DNA of 64,000 nucleotides from Raillietiella orientalis (Eukaryota). The stretch lies in NCBI GenBank assembly GCA_036172245.1, contig JAYWIR010000050.1:372001-436000 (forward strand), in the 5' to 3' direction. Below the pieces are notes generated by a model that worked only from the letters and a program-made list of their open reading frames with translations, searched no databases and was not told where the DNA came from. Of the stretch, positions 25,881 through 37,800 are shown piece by piece; the stretch's first letter is position 1; each line of letters begins with the position of its first letter. The position numbers and the translations under genes are program-made.

Positions 25881-27287
25881 ACCCCCCCCCCCCCCTCTTT
25901 ATAAAAATAGCGGCACTCAAATCACCCTGCGCGTGATTTGACGTCTGCCTCCTCCCTATGTGCCCTTCTCGAGTGCGCTTCCAAAACGAATTCAGCATTG
26001 AAAGATGGCGGACTCTGTCTCTGGAAGACGAGCGACGGGCGGGGGAAGAGTTTTTGGCGCACGACTGCTTCGGGGGAGACGGGGGGTTCCTTCAGACAGA
26101 CGCTCTGACCACCCGGAAGGAGGGCGACGCAGGGCGACGGGGAAAGGCCGCGCGTCGCTTCTCTTAGTCCATCCGCCCTCCGCGTGTGTACCTCCGACCT
26201 GCATCTTTCGCACGCGCGTGCGTTCGCGGGGGATGCATACGCGCTCGCGCTTTGCAGTTTTTCAGCCTGCCGGTTACCTTGGTCCGCCTGCGGAGTCTCC
26301 GATTTGATTCATCTGCAACTCCCAGAAGAGACCACTTCCCGATGCTGTGCATAATTGGAAAAAATGAGACCTTGTTTAGGTCCGTTACATAGCAACGATT
26401 CGTGTACGAACTTTGCGAACCGTCCCGAGCGGAGTTTAGGAACGGCTCTAATCAAATCAGATGAAAATTTCTGTACCAGAAAGAAGGGTTTCCGTCTTTT
26501 CCTCTTTTTTTCCCTCGCCTTCCCACCGGAGACTGCGCAGACTCTCGCCTCTCTGGAAAAAAAGGGACGTGACCTGCAGTCTTCCGTCCGTTTCGCCTCT
26601 TGTGCGGCTGCTGGTCCATGGAAGCGGAAGCGCGTCCACCGAGTGGAAACCGGGAGCGAGGAACACAGAAAAGGAACAAAACGAGAGGATGAGGAAGAGG
26701 GGGGGGGAGAGAAAGGAGGAGGAGGAAGGCGCGCTTCCCAGTCCCGCGCTTCCCAGCTGCGGGACCGAATTTCCCGCGTTCGCGCGCCAGCATCATCTGG
26801 CGGTCGTTCCTCAAAGCTACGCCCCGGAGACAGCGCTGTGATCCTGAGGCTTCTGCCGGGTTCGGACGCCTGACCCGGCGCGACCTCCGGGTTAGACGGA
26901 GCGGAGAAGCGTCTCGTCTTCGCCCGCTGGGTAGTTCGTCCGTTCCCGTGGCGACGAACCCTCCGAACGCACGCGGTCAGGCTCCCGTGCTGCCGCCACG
27001 CGACAGCCCCTCGCGGGGCGGCTCCCCATTGCATGCAGGCCCCGTGGCCTTCCTCGGTTCGGTTGGGTGCTCGTCTAGCGCCTGCCCACGGGCGGGTCCG
27101 GTCGCCGCGGAGGAGTGGCTCGTCTTCCGCTCGGCGCCCTCCATGCAACGGACTCCCCACCCACCCCCTTCCCGCGGAAACTCCCGGAAGCTCCCCTGAA
27201 GACTCACCCTCGAGTGGGCGCGCTGCGCCACGGCCGAATGAAAGCAGGCACCTTGGAGGTATAGAATTGTGGTTTACAAATAGAAGT

Positions 27288-27455
27288 TTACAAATAGAAA
27301 AACGTGTTGTTGTTCAGATACTTTATTATTTCAAACAAATTACTTGCTGGCTTTTCCATACTTTTGTCTATGAGCTCATCATCCAAAGTAAAAGTTTTTA
27401 ATGACTCTATTTCTGAGATTAGAGCATGTGAATCATGAGCAGCACAGTGGTTTCC
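27288..27455 (-). mobile_element. Possible hAT transposase fragment within an AT-rich insertion
   Basis: Open for 55 codons: ...ALISEIESLKTF...NLFEIIKYLNNN..., resembling the recalled segment before the hAT dimerisation domain; composition differs sharply from flanks. Confidence 0.3.
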
Positions 27456-28693
27456 CCCGAGATTGGAGGAGTTTCGTGATAATCACACTCTATCCTGATG
27501 AAGATCAGATGAAGTATGATTTCGCCTTCGGCGCTACCTGACCTCCCCCCCGCCGGGCCGTCACGAACCGACTTGTGACCTCGGCGCATACAGAATCCAG
27601 GCGGCGCGGACCGCGCCCGTCGACCCGTCCCGGGGATGTCGCGCCCCGGGTCACAGTCGGCAGGTCAGAGCCACTGGTGGATGTCCCCACCTCCATGTCT
27701 TCCTTGCTGGTGCTCCCGCTTCTGCCATTTGGCGAGAGAAGCGCCCCCTCGCTGCCTCAGCAGAGGCCGGGCGCGCGTCCCGGTTGCCGTGACGACAGCG
27801 ACCGGGGAGAGCATCCTGGCCTCGTGCCCCGGTTGCACCCGGAGGGGCGAGTGGCGGGAGCCGTTTTCCACCGTTCCCTGCACAGCAGATGCCCGCGGCG
27901 GCCTCGACCTTCCGAGGGCAGCGGCTCTGGCGTAGAGCGGTCGAAGGTCAGCGATGTTCCCTCGAGCTCGTCTCCGGAGGGGGAGACATGTCCAGCCAGC
28001 CTGAGGAAGGAGCGTTTTCTCCGGTCCCCCGCCGCCTCTTGCCCTGCGGGTTTGCCCCTCCCTCCCTGCCGGGTGTTTTCCTCCTCCCCCGCTTGCAAAC
28101 GCCCTCCAGGGTGGGCAGCGCTATCTCTCGCGGAGACGCAGAAGCAACTACGAGGGCGCGGGAGCTCTTGCGGTTTCCCGCGGAGGGCTGCGGAAGTTGA
28201 GGGAAATCGAGCAGGACAGGAGTGTCGGCTGTCCCGGGGGCTCCTGGAATGCGTGCATGCGTCTCCCGCCGTTGCGGGGGCCGCTGCGATGGAGGGGGAG
28301 GTTCTTGGAAGCGTCGCGAGAAGACGCGGCACCAGTTTCACTTGTGCGTCCGGGTAAGGCACTGGCGGCGCACGCGCTCGCCCTCCCCCTCCCGTGGTCC
28401 TCAGCTGCCCGCCCGCAGTCGGGTGCCGCGGCGACGGAGGCCGGCGGGCGGGCGTCCCGTTCCCGGGCCGGTTAGCGGGCAGCTGCGGCACGCCTCTACT
28501 GAGCTCCCGCGTCGCTACGGGAATCGCCGGATGCTGCGGTTGCGGCGCAGCAGGTCGGTGCATGCGTCCTCCTTGCCCCTCCTCCTGCGGCCCCCGTTCT
28601 CCGGGCGACCTCACAGGCGCACGGGCAAGCAGGCTGGCGAGTGACGTGCCAAGGGCGCGCGGGGGACGAGCGAGAGCGGGCGGCCACCTCTTT

Positions 28694-28723
28694 GAGGAGG
28701 AGGAGGAGGAGGAGGAGGAGGAG
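28694..28723. repeat. (GAG)10 microsatellite ~190 nt upstream of the 5-HT7 ATG
   Basis: Directly visible. Confidence 0.95.
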
Positions 28724-28909
28724 GGAGGGTGGTCAGGTCCGCTCCGCCCGCAGGGCGGCGCGGCGGTACAGGAGACCTCACACACCCCACTACCATTCCG
28801 TCCACCCCCTTCTCGCCCTCCCACGCCCGCTCTCCGTTGTGTGTTGTTGCAGTTTGCCTCCGGCGCCGACCCGCTCCATGTCAGACGATGAGTTGCCCGG
28901 CCCGCAGGC

Positions 28910-31291
28910 ATGGCGAGCCACTCCCTGACGAACTCTTCCTCGTACTCCCACCCCGAGGGGCACGCCCACGGGAAGGTCGAGTCCTTCCTATTGGTGGTGG
29001 TGCTGCTGGCCATCATCTTCACGACCACCGTCGGTAACACGCTGGTGTGCACGGCGGTCTGCCTGGTGCGGAAGCTGCGCAAGCCGTACAACTACCTGAT
29101 CGTGTCGCTGGCGGTGTCGGACCTGTGCGTCGCCATGCTAGTAATGCCCATGGCGGCCCTCTACGAGCTGACCGGCTCGTGGGCCTTCGGGAGCATCATG
29201 TGTGACGTATGGGTCAGCTTTGACGTTCTAAGCTGCACCGCGTCCATCTTGAATCTTTGCATGATCAGCGTGGATCGATATCTGGCCATCACGCGGCCCC
29301 TGGACTACGGAGTCAGCCGCACTCCCAAGAAGATGCTTCTGTACATCCTGACCGTGTGGATCGGCGCCGCACTCATCTCCGTCCCGCCACTGCTCATCCT
29401 GGGCAACGAGCATGGCAACGGGATGCAGTGCGTCGTCTGCCAGAACTTTGCCTACCAGATCTACGCCACGCTCGGCTCCTTCTACATCCCCCTCATCGTC
29501 ATGATCGTCGTGTACTACAAGATATTCCAGGTACGTCGTCCTCCCCCCCCCCGGGGTTCCGACCCCCTCCCGTCCCCTCCCCACCCGCTGCCAGGCGACA
29601 GTGGTCGTGAACCCGCATGGGAGGAGAAAATTCCTCCCTCCTCCAGCGCCGCCGCGCAGACGACAAACGAGGGAAGGCGAAGAAGCGCGCGGCTAGCGGT
29701 TGCGCCCTGCGGACGGCACGCGAACTGCTCGCGCGCCTCGGACGATGGCAGGACAGCTGGAAGGCGAGGCGAGGCCACCGACCTCTCGAGACCCCTCCGG
29801 CTCCTCTCTCGGTCTCCCCCCTCCCCTCCTTTGGCGCCGTTCCGGGGAAGAGACTTCCGGTTTAGCGATCACATTCCTCCAGGGCTGCTCCCGCATCCCC
29901 GGGAAAGGGGGCGGCGGCGCTCTGTGAGGGTAGAAGACACCAAGTCCCCTGAAAGCCTGACACGGCGCCAAACCGGCCGAGATGAGCGCGCGCGCGCGCC
30001 CTGCATTCCCGCGCCACTCCTGCGTGCCGCCGCCGCTGGCTTCCCAGCGACTGCAGGTCAAATGGAGACTCAGGCGAACGGATGGGGGGCCTGGAATGCT
30101 CTCTGCCATCCCTCTGCATGTCGTCTTGCACGAGCAGGCGAGTTCCACTGTGGTGGCCGAGGCGGCAAAGCATCCGACCGAGGCGCTCCGCCTTTCGTCC
30201 CATCTTACTCCGTTCTTCTTCCTCTTCGTCCCATCCTCTTTTCCTCTTCTTCCTCCATTCCTTCTCCCTCCCGTCTTTTTTCCTCGTCCACTCTTCTGTC
30301 TCCTCTTCACTTCCTCCGCGGGCTTCGGGAGCGCGGGGACGAGGGTCCCGACGGAGACTGCGCTTCCGGCTGCCCACCAAGAAGCATGGGAGGGCGCGTG
30401 CCGGTTGCTCAGGAATTCCCGTGCGTCTGCTTCCAGGCCGCCAAGAAGATCACAGACGAAGACAAGAAGTCGCAGGGGCACCTGCGCAAGCTGAGCACGT
30501 TCACCGGGTACGACGTGGAGGTGGCCGCCCCCCTGCACAACCACAGCTCAGCCCTGACCAAGAACCTGCTGCAGGGGACGCAGGGCCTGCTGAACACAAG
30601 CAACGAGAGCAAGGAGTCTGACGACGAGTTCAGCAAGAAGGTCCTGCTGACCGTGCCCGCCAGCAACCTCATGCCCTCCCCGCAGTACGAGACCGACTCG
30701 AACTGGTCGCTGAGCGACAGCCGCCACAACAGCGACCCCGAGGTGGCGTCGGGAGAGTGCCCTCGGCTGAGTGACGTCAGCAACACGAGGCAGCGAATCT
30801 TCGCGCTGCGCAAGCGCCACAAGTTCCGCCGGATCGTGCTGGCCAGCGAGCGTAAGGCGTCCACCACGCTGGGCATCATCATGTCGGCCTTCATCGTCTG
30901 CTGGCTGCCGTTCTTCGTGCTGGCGCTCATCAGACCGTTCAAGAGCGGCAGCGACAACGCCATCCCGCACTTCGTCACCTCCCTGTTCCTGTGGCTGGGA
31001 TACGCCAACAGCATGCTCAACCCCGTGATCTACGCCACCCTGAACAAGGACTTCCGCACCCCTTTCAAGGAGATGCTCTGCCTGCGCTGCCACAGCCTCA
31101 ACTCCATGATGCGCGAGGAGTTCTACCACTCCCACTTCGGCGGTGACGTCAACTCCTTCCAGCTGAAGGGAGCCGACGGCCTGCTGGACGACGCCAGGGC
31201 TCCCAAGGCTGGCGCGGCCGCCGCCAACCACAGGCCGACCGGCGGCAGCGGCAGCGGCGCCTCCGGAAGGAAGAAAGGGACGCTGCTGTAG
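28910..31291 (+). CDS. 5-HT7: 5-HT7-type serotonin receptor (class A aminergic GPCR); exons 28910-29530 and 30437-31291; 491 aa spliced
   Basis: Seven TM segments with class A motifs: GN (TM1), LAVSD (TM2), aminergic Asp in FDVLSCTASILNLCMISVDRY (TM3), CWLPFF (TM6), NPVIY (TM7). VCQNFAYQIYATLGSFYIP, KASTTLGIIMSAF and LNKDFRTPF..LNSMMRE match my recollection of arthropod 5-HT7. Intron CAG|gtacgt at 29530 to ttccag|GCC at 30436, phase 0. In-frame TGA at 28889 lies upstream of the ATG; an N-terminal extension via the acceptor at 28907 is not excluded. Confidence 0.93.
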   Translation: MASHSLTNSSSYSHPEGHAHGKVESFLLVVVLLAIIFTTTVGNTLVCTAVCLVRKLRKPYNYLIVSLAVSDLCVAMLVMPMAALYELTGSWAFGSIMCDVWVSFDVLSCTASILNLCMISVDRYLAITRPLDYGVSRTPKKMLLYILTVWIGAALISVPPLLILGNEHGNGMQCVVCQNFAYQIYATLGSFYIPLIVMIVVYYKIFQVRRPPPPRGSDPLPSPPHPLPGDSGREPAWEEKIPPSSSAAAQTTNEGRRRSARLAVAPCGRHANCSRASDDGRTAGRRGEATDLSRPLRLLSRSPPSPPLAPFRGRDFRFSDHIPPGLLPHPRERGRRRSVRVEDTKSPESLTRRQTGRDERARAPCIPAPLLRAAAAGFPATAGQMETQANGWGAWNALCHPSACRLARAGEFHCGGRGGKASDRGAPPFVPSYSVLLPLRPILFSSSSSIPSPSRLFSSSTLLSPLHFLRGLRERGDEGPDGDCASGCPPRSMGGRVPVAQEFPCVCFQAAKKITDEDKKSQGHLRKLSTFTGYDVEVAAPLHNHSSALTKNLLQGTQGLLNTSNESKESDDEFSKKVLLTVPASNLMPSPQYETDSNWSLSDSRHNSDPEVASGECPRLSDVSNTRQRIFALRKRHKFRRIVLASERKASTTLGIIMSAFIVCWLPFFVLALIRPFKSGSDNAIPHFVTSLFLWLGYANSMLNPVIYATLNKDFRTPFKEMLCLRCHSLNSMMREEFYHSHFGGDVNSFQLKGADGLLDDARAPKAGAAAANHRPTGGSGSGASGRKKGTLL

Positions 31292-31537
31292 CGCCGGCGC
31301 GCCTTCCTGGAGCGCAGGGATCCGAGGAGGAGGAGGCCGCCGCCCTCCCGACCGTCAGGACGCTCCTCCGCGCGCGCGCGCGGCTGGGCCGCGTCGCCGG
31401 AAGGGCCTGCTGCACGTTTCAAGAGATTCCGCACGCCGCCGGTGCTCCTTCGCGGTGGTCACTGGACCCAGAGATTATAATTAGATTCTCAGTTCGTTGC
31501 TGTCAGAGGCATGTCCGGAAATGCTTGAAATAGATGA

Positions 31538-31543
31538 AATAAA
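31538..31543 (+). terminator. Candidate polyadenylation signal of the 5-HT7 gene
   Basis: AATAAA about 250 nt after the stop, followed by a GT/T-rich tract (gtcgttttccttttgg). Confidence 0.5.
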
Positions 31544-34500
31544 ATGTCGTTTTCCTTTTGGTACGGCGTTTCCTCCCTGCGTTTGCTTCGTTTTCTCCTT
31601 CCAGCGTCGCGGCCGGCGGCGAGTGCCTTCTGCCGAGAGGAGGCCGTGCAGGAAGGGCAGCGGAGCCGTTCCAAGCCGCTTTCCCTCCCCCTCCCCCCCC
31701 CTATCCGACCCCCCGTCCCTACCGGCTGCGCGCACACACGCGGCGCTCTCAGACCTGCTGCTTTCTTGGATCGCTCGAGAGCGAGGCGATCGGCGAGGCG
31801 CCCGGTTGCCATGCCACCCGTCCCATTGCTGCGTGCGCGCTCGGGTTCCCGGACCCTCGCGCCATCTTTGCTCACCGGTGCCATTTCTCGAGGGGGCCAG
31901 GAGCGTTCTAGCCGGCCGCCACTCCCCCTACGAGCCCAGGAAGGAGCACGCGATGCCCGAAAGCACGCGAACCTCCCGCAGGAAGCGCATGGGCGGCGGC
32001 GGTCCCGCGAGGTCCCGAGGCAGGGAGGCGTGTGCGCACGGGAGAGATAGGTACATGCTTTCGAGTTTACCTCCACGGGAGCGACGGGCGCTGGCCGAGG
32101 GAGAAAAGGGGGGGGGGGAGGTTCCGGGAGCCTTTATCCTTCGTCGGCGCCTTTCCGCGAGCCGGCATGCCAATGCCAGCTGGGGTTGGTACCCGACCGC
32201 AACAGGACCCGGAGATAAAAATCTCCCGATGCACCGTCTTCCCCACTCCTCTCAATCACGGGAACTGCTCCCTTCCTGCTGGCTGCAGATGACGGGTTGG
32301 CAGCTTCTTCAAGGCACTTCCCGGATGCGATTCAACAGGACACGGGTCAATAAGGGAGGAGAGCGCAGAAAGGGGGTGGCAGCTCCCACAGGCACGTCTG
32401 CCAGGATGGAGTCCGAAGCACTTCGCCACTCGGTTGGCACTGGCGGGAAGGAGAGGAAGGTGGGCGTTTCCTTTTCGCGCTCAGAGGTTCGATCCATGCG
32501 CTTCCCCCTCCTCACGGGTCCCGATCAACAGAGGATGAAAATTCGCCGCTAGCAGAGGCGCGCCCGCCGGGAGGTGAGGTGGGGAAGACGACGCTTCTCG
32601 AGTCCGCGGGTGGTCCGCGCGCGGCACCCGGCACGGCGTGGCGTTTTCCTCGGCCCCCGGGCCGAGGAAAACGCCCGCGTTGCCCCGCACCGGTGCGCTG
32701 CTGGCCGCGCGCGCGATCCGGAATTTCGGGAAGGAGGAGGAGGGAAGGGAGGAGGCCGCCCCCGGTGCCCCTCTGCTCCGCGGGGGGCCGGCGGCAGCCG
32801 CGATGCGCCGTCGATGGTTGGGCTCCCTCCCCTGAGCTCCCCTCCTTCGGGTGCTGCGAGCGCGACCGCGAGGGGAGGGCGAGGCCTTGTGCGAACGCTG
32901 CGCGCGAGAGCCCGGCCGTGGTGGCGCGCGTCGTGTGAGCACCGCTCGCACCTTGGCGTGGTAGGCCGAATGGCGCCAGCTGCCGAGCGGGATTCAAGTC
33001 CTCGGTTTGCACGCCGCCCCGGCTCAGGGGAGTCCCAGACGAGCGTCGTCCTTCCCCCGGGTTGGCGGAAGGACCTCGCATCCTTGGATTCGCGTTTTTT
33101 TCCTCTCTCTCTCTCTCTTTCTTCAGTCCTTCCGTGAAGCCGACAGGCGCGAGGCCAGAGAGACGCTCTCCACGGTTCGGCTTCGCGTAGGGTGACGCAG
33201 TCAGCAGGGGTCGGTCGGCCGGCATGGAAACCGGACGCGTCGCGGGTCGCCTAGTGCTCAAACGACGCGAATCAAAAACGAGGGCCAAAAGGAGAAAGAT
33301 AGAAAAAAGGCAAAGGGGGCATCCGCCGTGCGCCATGGAGAAGGTCCTGGTGGGGCACAGAGGGTCCTTCTCCTCGGGCGGTCGCAGCAAGAACTCGGGC
33401 GCCTCAGGCACCAGAGGATCGGTTTTTGTTTCTCCCCTTCTTCGCCTTTCCGGTTCCGCTCAGCCCGTCGGGAGTATCGAGCGGTTGCACGACTGCCGCG
33501 TGCGTGGGAGGAAAGCGCCACTCTCGCGAGGATGGCGGAGCGTTTTTCCTTTATGCAGGGGCCCGTCCAGGGGCGTTGGGCGTGACCCGCGAAGCACGCG
33601 CACGGTCCCCACGCGGCACGCGAGGCGCATCCCGCCCGAGAGGGCGGCGGACGCGAGGGGAGGGAACACCCTTCCCTGCGAGACGGGTCGGGGGAGGGAG
33701 CTGTGCGATCGTCCGCACGCTCCGGTCCGGGGTCGACCTGGGTCGCGGTACGAGGAGACGCTCCTCCTTGCTGCCTCCCTGCTGGCGCGGCCAAGAGCCA
33801 AGAGAAGGCGAGACGTCGGGCCACTGCAAAGACGTGCGGGCGGTCCGAGTAGCCGTGGGAAGGGATGCCGGACGACTCCCGCCCTCCTTCCCTTTGACCA
33901 GCCAACGTGTCTGCCGGTGATCGCGTTCGACTGGTTGCCAGGCTACCGCGTGTCCGGGGTCCTACCCCTCGCGGAGGAGATCCGTCCTACGCTCCTCACC
34001 AAATTGCCGTGCGTGTGGCACCCGGAGACCTCGAGCCCCGCAATTTGCCCATGGGGCAACCCCGTAGCTGAGGGTCCCCTCGCGGGCGGCCGCCTTTTCC
34101 CTGCAGGTGGGGAAGTCTCCAAAAGGCTGACGTCAGAAGGCGCTCCTGGAGATTCCATGGGACTTCCCGAGGGACTGGGTTGGTGCGCCGCGCTCCTCTC
34201 CTGAACATCGGCTGCGGCCGGTGAAGGGATGATGCCCAAACAGGTGGGCAGCCCCTGGGGCATTTGGGGGCGCTTCCTCCTCGGGCTGAGGGGTGCGGGC
34301 GTGGGCTGCAGCCGAGGGCTCCGTTTCCGAGAGCGCAAACACTTGTGCCTCAGGCGCCCTTGCAGCCGATGCCCTCAGGCGGCCCCTCACCGTGGCTCCC
34401 TTTCTCCTGCTGAGAGGGTCTCGCGGTGAGGCCGCTCCGGAAAGCCCCCCGAGGCAGGACCGCTGGTGCCTCCCGCGGAGAGCACGAGCGACCCCTTCGC

Positions 34501-34654
34501 GAGTGCCGAGGTGGTGCTGGGTAGGGGAGCATGGCGGAAAATTCAATCCATTGGAGCGCGGACGCATCTCTGGCGGGTGGCCCGTCGGCCGCCCCGTCCC
34601 TCCCGGCACGCCAGGGAGCGATTCCTTGCGGATGCGGAGTGGACAGTCGTAACG

Positions 34655-34847
34655 GTGCGTACGTTCCCCGGCAGATGGGGGCGACAGCGGAGGCGCCGCC
34701 GGAGCCGCCTTCGCCCATCTGCCTGAGGGCAGCAGGGCGGCGGGCGACCCCTCTTTCCGAAAGAGGATTGCAGAGGAGGATGTGACTCGGGCGGGAAGGA
34801 GTCCACCGCGTCCGCTGTCGCCCCCATCTGCCGGGGAACGTACGCAC
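34655..34847. repeat. Perfect 37-bp inverted repeat, 119-nt spacer (MITE-like geometry)
   Basis: gtgcgtacgttccccggcagatgggggcgacagcgga (34655-34691) is the exact reverse complement of 34811-34847; no target-site duplication seen. Confidence 0.93.
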
Positions 34848-37800
34848 TGGCGCAGCAACCGATGCAGTGATTCCGAGGATCCGTGCGAGATGGGGCTGCA
34901 GACGCGTGCGCTAACTACCGGCTGCCACTGGCTGGCTTGGAAGATCGAACGATGGGATGGATCGACGAGGAAGGAGCCGCCACGAGGGTGGGAGGGGTGA
35001 ACCCGACGACGCCTCGACGGAAGACACCCCTCCCTGACGGGTGTTGGCGGCGACTCGTGCGGAAGGCAATTGTGTCGACCCCCGTCCAGGTGGCATTCCG
35101 CCCTCCTCGTCTGCTTCCGCCGTGGCTCTCACATCCTTTCCGGGGTCGGAGGGAGGGTGACCTCCGACCCCGTCTGTCGTTCTCTGTGAGCTCCCTCCCG
35201 TTCCCCCGCTGCCGTTCCATCGTCGTGCCTCGCCTCCCTTCCGGAGGCCAACTTTCCTGGCGGGCGGAGAGAGGGAAGGGTTCGCGCGGGGGAGGGGGGG
35301 ACTTTGCCCTCTCCCGCCGCTGCTGACCTGCCCTCGCCGGGCGGAAAAAGAGAGAGAGAAAGGGGGTGGGTGGGAATCCGGAAATGCGAGCGGGCAGAAA
35401 GAGAAAGCCATTGGGGCTGCCGACGAAATCGAGAGTGACGTCGGCCAGGAAAGGAAAATAATGCGTAAGGAAGCGAGGGGGGGGGGGGGAAGAGTTCAAA
35501 GAGACGTTAAAATGCCGCCGATTCTTTTTTTTTTTTCAATTTCTCTCTCCCTTCCCCCCCCCCCGCCAAAGCGGGGACTCCTTGGTGGGGGGGGGGACAA
35601 ACTTGATTAGCGAAAATTCGCTGCGGATGCGGGAAATTCCGTGATTCCGTGGGTCACGGGGGGAGAGGGGGAGGGGATCGAAGCCGCCGCGGCGAGGCGG
35701 TTTGTTTGCGCGCGCGCTGCCAAGGAAACGCCGCCGCGAAGAGCGCCTAATGAGCTGCGGGCGCGTCCGACCGTTGCGCCTTCCGAAGCCGAAGAAATCC
35801 CGGCGACCGCGGGGAAACTTCGTGATTTCCCAGCGTCCGGGGGGGGGGGGGGGAGCAGCAGCAGCCTTCGCCTCCGCCGACTGCGGACAGTGTGGCGAGG
35901 AAGGCAATCGATTACGCCGCCCGTGTTTTTTTTTTTTGTTTTTTGTTTCAAGGGAATTCCGCTCGTGCGTCGCCTTTGTCCCGCTGATGGGCGTCCTCGC
36001 GTCAATGCGGGCGCCCCGAATCCCGAAGTCGCTGTTTGCCTGCATCTTCGTGCGTCCTTTCAGTCCCTTTCTCTCTCCCTCTCCTGTCATCGGGCCCACC
36101 CGCACACGCCGCCCGGTTTGGCCGCTCGAAATCACGGGCGCGAGCCCCTCTCTGGTCCGCTTCGAAGGCCGACGGCGCCATCCGGATGGCGCGGAAGGGG
36201 GTCCGGCACTGCTGCGGGGGAGCGACGGCGCTCCTCCGTTCCCGAAGAGGAGCAACGCGCGCTCCGGCAGGCACGCGTTCCCCGCTGTCCCACAAACGCC
36301 GGGCGGCGGCGGCGCGATCCGCGAGGCGGGCGGGCGGGCGGGCGAGAACGCGCCCGGAAGTGGATCGATGGTGCCGCCGCCGCATTCCTCCGCCGCCGGA
36401 ACTCTGCTGCACGTGAATCTCGCCCGCCGGGCGGCGCCGCCGCCTCCCTCCAGCTGCGGGAGGAGGGGGAAGTGTCTCCGAGAGCCCGCCGCCGTTCCGC
36501 AGGGGCGGGGGCGCCATCGGAGAGGCGACCGATTTCCGAGGCACGTCACGCGTGGGCGTGTGCGAGCAGGCAGGCAGGAAAGGGGGAAAGGGGGGGTGGA
36601 TTCTGTCCTCCCCAGCATCCCAATGATGAGGACTCTTCCCGCTGCCCCTCGAACTCCCCTGCCGTCATCAACCTTTGCCCCTCTTCCTCTTCCTCTTGTC
36701 TGTCTCCCTGGTCCCCTCGCCCTCTCCACGGGACGCGTTGTCATTCTTTGCCCTCTGCGATCGACCACGGCAGTCTTCACGCGCGCGTCTATCCATGTGA
36801 ATTCCGTGCCATCTCGTGAGCGTCACTTGAGGCGAGAACGCGGGGAGCGTCTGGTCTCTCCGCGAGGGCGGCGCGGCAGAAGCTGAGCGGAGGAGGCGGG
36901 CGTGGTGGTTACGCTCAAGCCAAACTCTCTCCGGACGTCACGCATTCGAGTTGTCTCCCATCCTTCTTCCCTATGCCACCGCCACCCCTACTGAAACCCC
37001 ACTCTTTGCTTCGCTTTCTGCTATCCTTCTTTTTGTTGTCTGTTTTTTTTGTGTGTCATTTCTCTCCAGGGGAAACTCAGCGCGCGAGGAGGACTCTGGT
37101 GACGGTGAGGAGCAGAAGAGGAGGGAGGTTCAGTTCACAGGAAGGATGGAATAGGGGTGCTTTCTCCGTAAGCACGCCCCATTGACAGGAGACGTGCGCA
37201 CTGGCGCGCAGTTCCCCGTCCCTGTTCGTGGAGGAGGTGAAGATGGGGGAAGGGGGGGGAGAAGCCAGCGCCCTCGCTGCACTCGACCGAGCGCGCCTCT
37301 GCAGCCTGCTGGTGCGCTTGTGCTGCCTCCAGACTCGCAACCTCCACCTTTCTTTGCTTTCCTTGGCGAGGGAGGGTCAGGAGAGGGTCAGGCCGGGGTG
37401 CCCCTCTGCCTATGCGACTCCTCTCCTCCCTGCAGACCTCAAGTCCGCCGAACACCGCGGGCTCTAGGGAGGGGCTGTGCGGAGCTCCCCACTGCGCTCG
37501 CTTCGCGGAGGCGGGCCGACTCTCTCCCGCGTAGTCGCCGCCTCCTGGAGAGAGGAACCCCCCGGTCGCGCACAGTCGGCTGCAGCGGCCACATCTAGCT
37601 GTGGGAGAGAGAAGCAGGTGCCTCCGCCTGCCGCCTCCACAACTAGCGGCGAGTCGAAAAAGCTTAGAGGAGCGAGGAGGGAAGGATCGTTCCTCCCCGG
37701 CAGGGTTGCGCGAGTGCGTTCCCCCGGCCGGAGTTGCCCGGAAGCAGACTCCAGGACGAGCGAGGGTGGTCCGCCGGGAAAGCCTAGGGGTCCAGGACTC

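Noticed and set aside
27495..27530. Hammerhead ribozyme core CTGATGA (also at 54531 and CTGAAGAG sites)
   Set aside because: No stem II closed by GAAA and no compatible stems I/III
29228..31231. Antisense ORFs over 5-HT7 (and likewise over K2P and ICE1)
   Set aside because: Shadow ORFs produced by codon bias of the sense gene
28910..31291. 793-aa single-exon GPCR as listed in the ORF track
   Set aside because: The middle 302 codons are bounded by canonical splice sites and are intron-like; the spliced 491-aa product restores the expected YYKIFQ-AAKK TM5/ICL3 junction
32955..33015. tRNA-like segment (ggcgtg...cacgcc ends, A-box-like and B-box-like words)
   Set aside because: Only 61 nt, no anticodon arm, degenerate T-loop; at best a decayed SINE head
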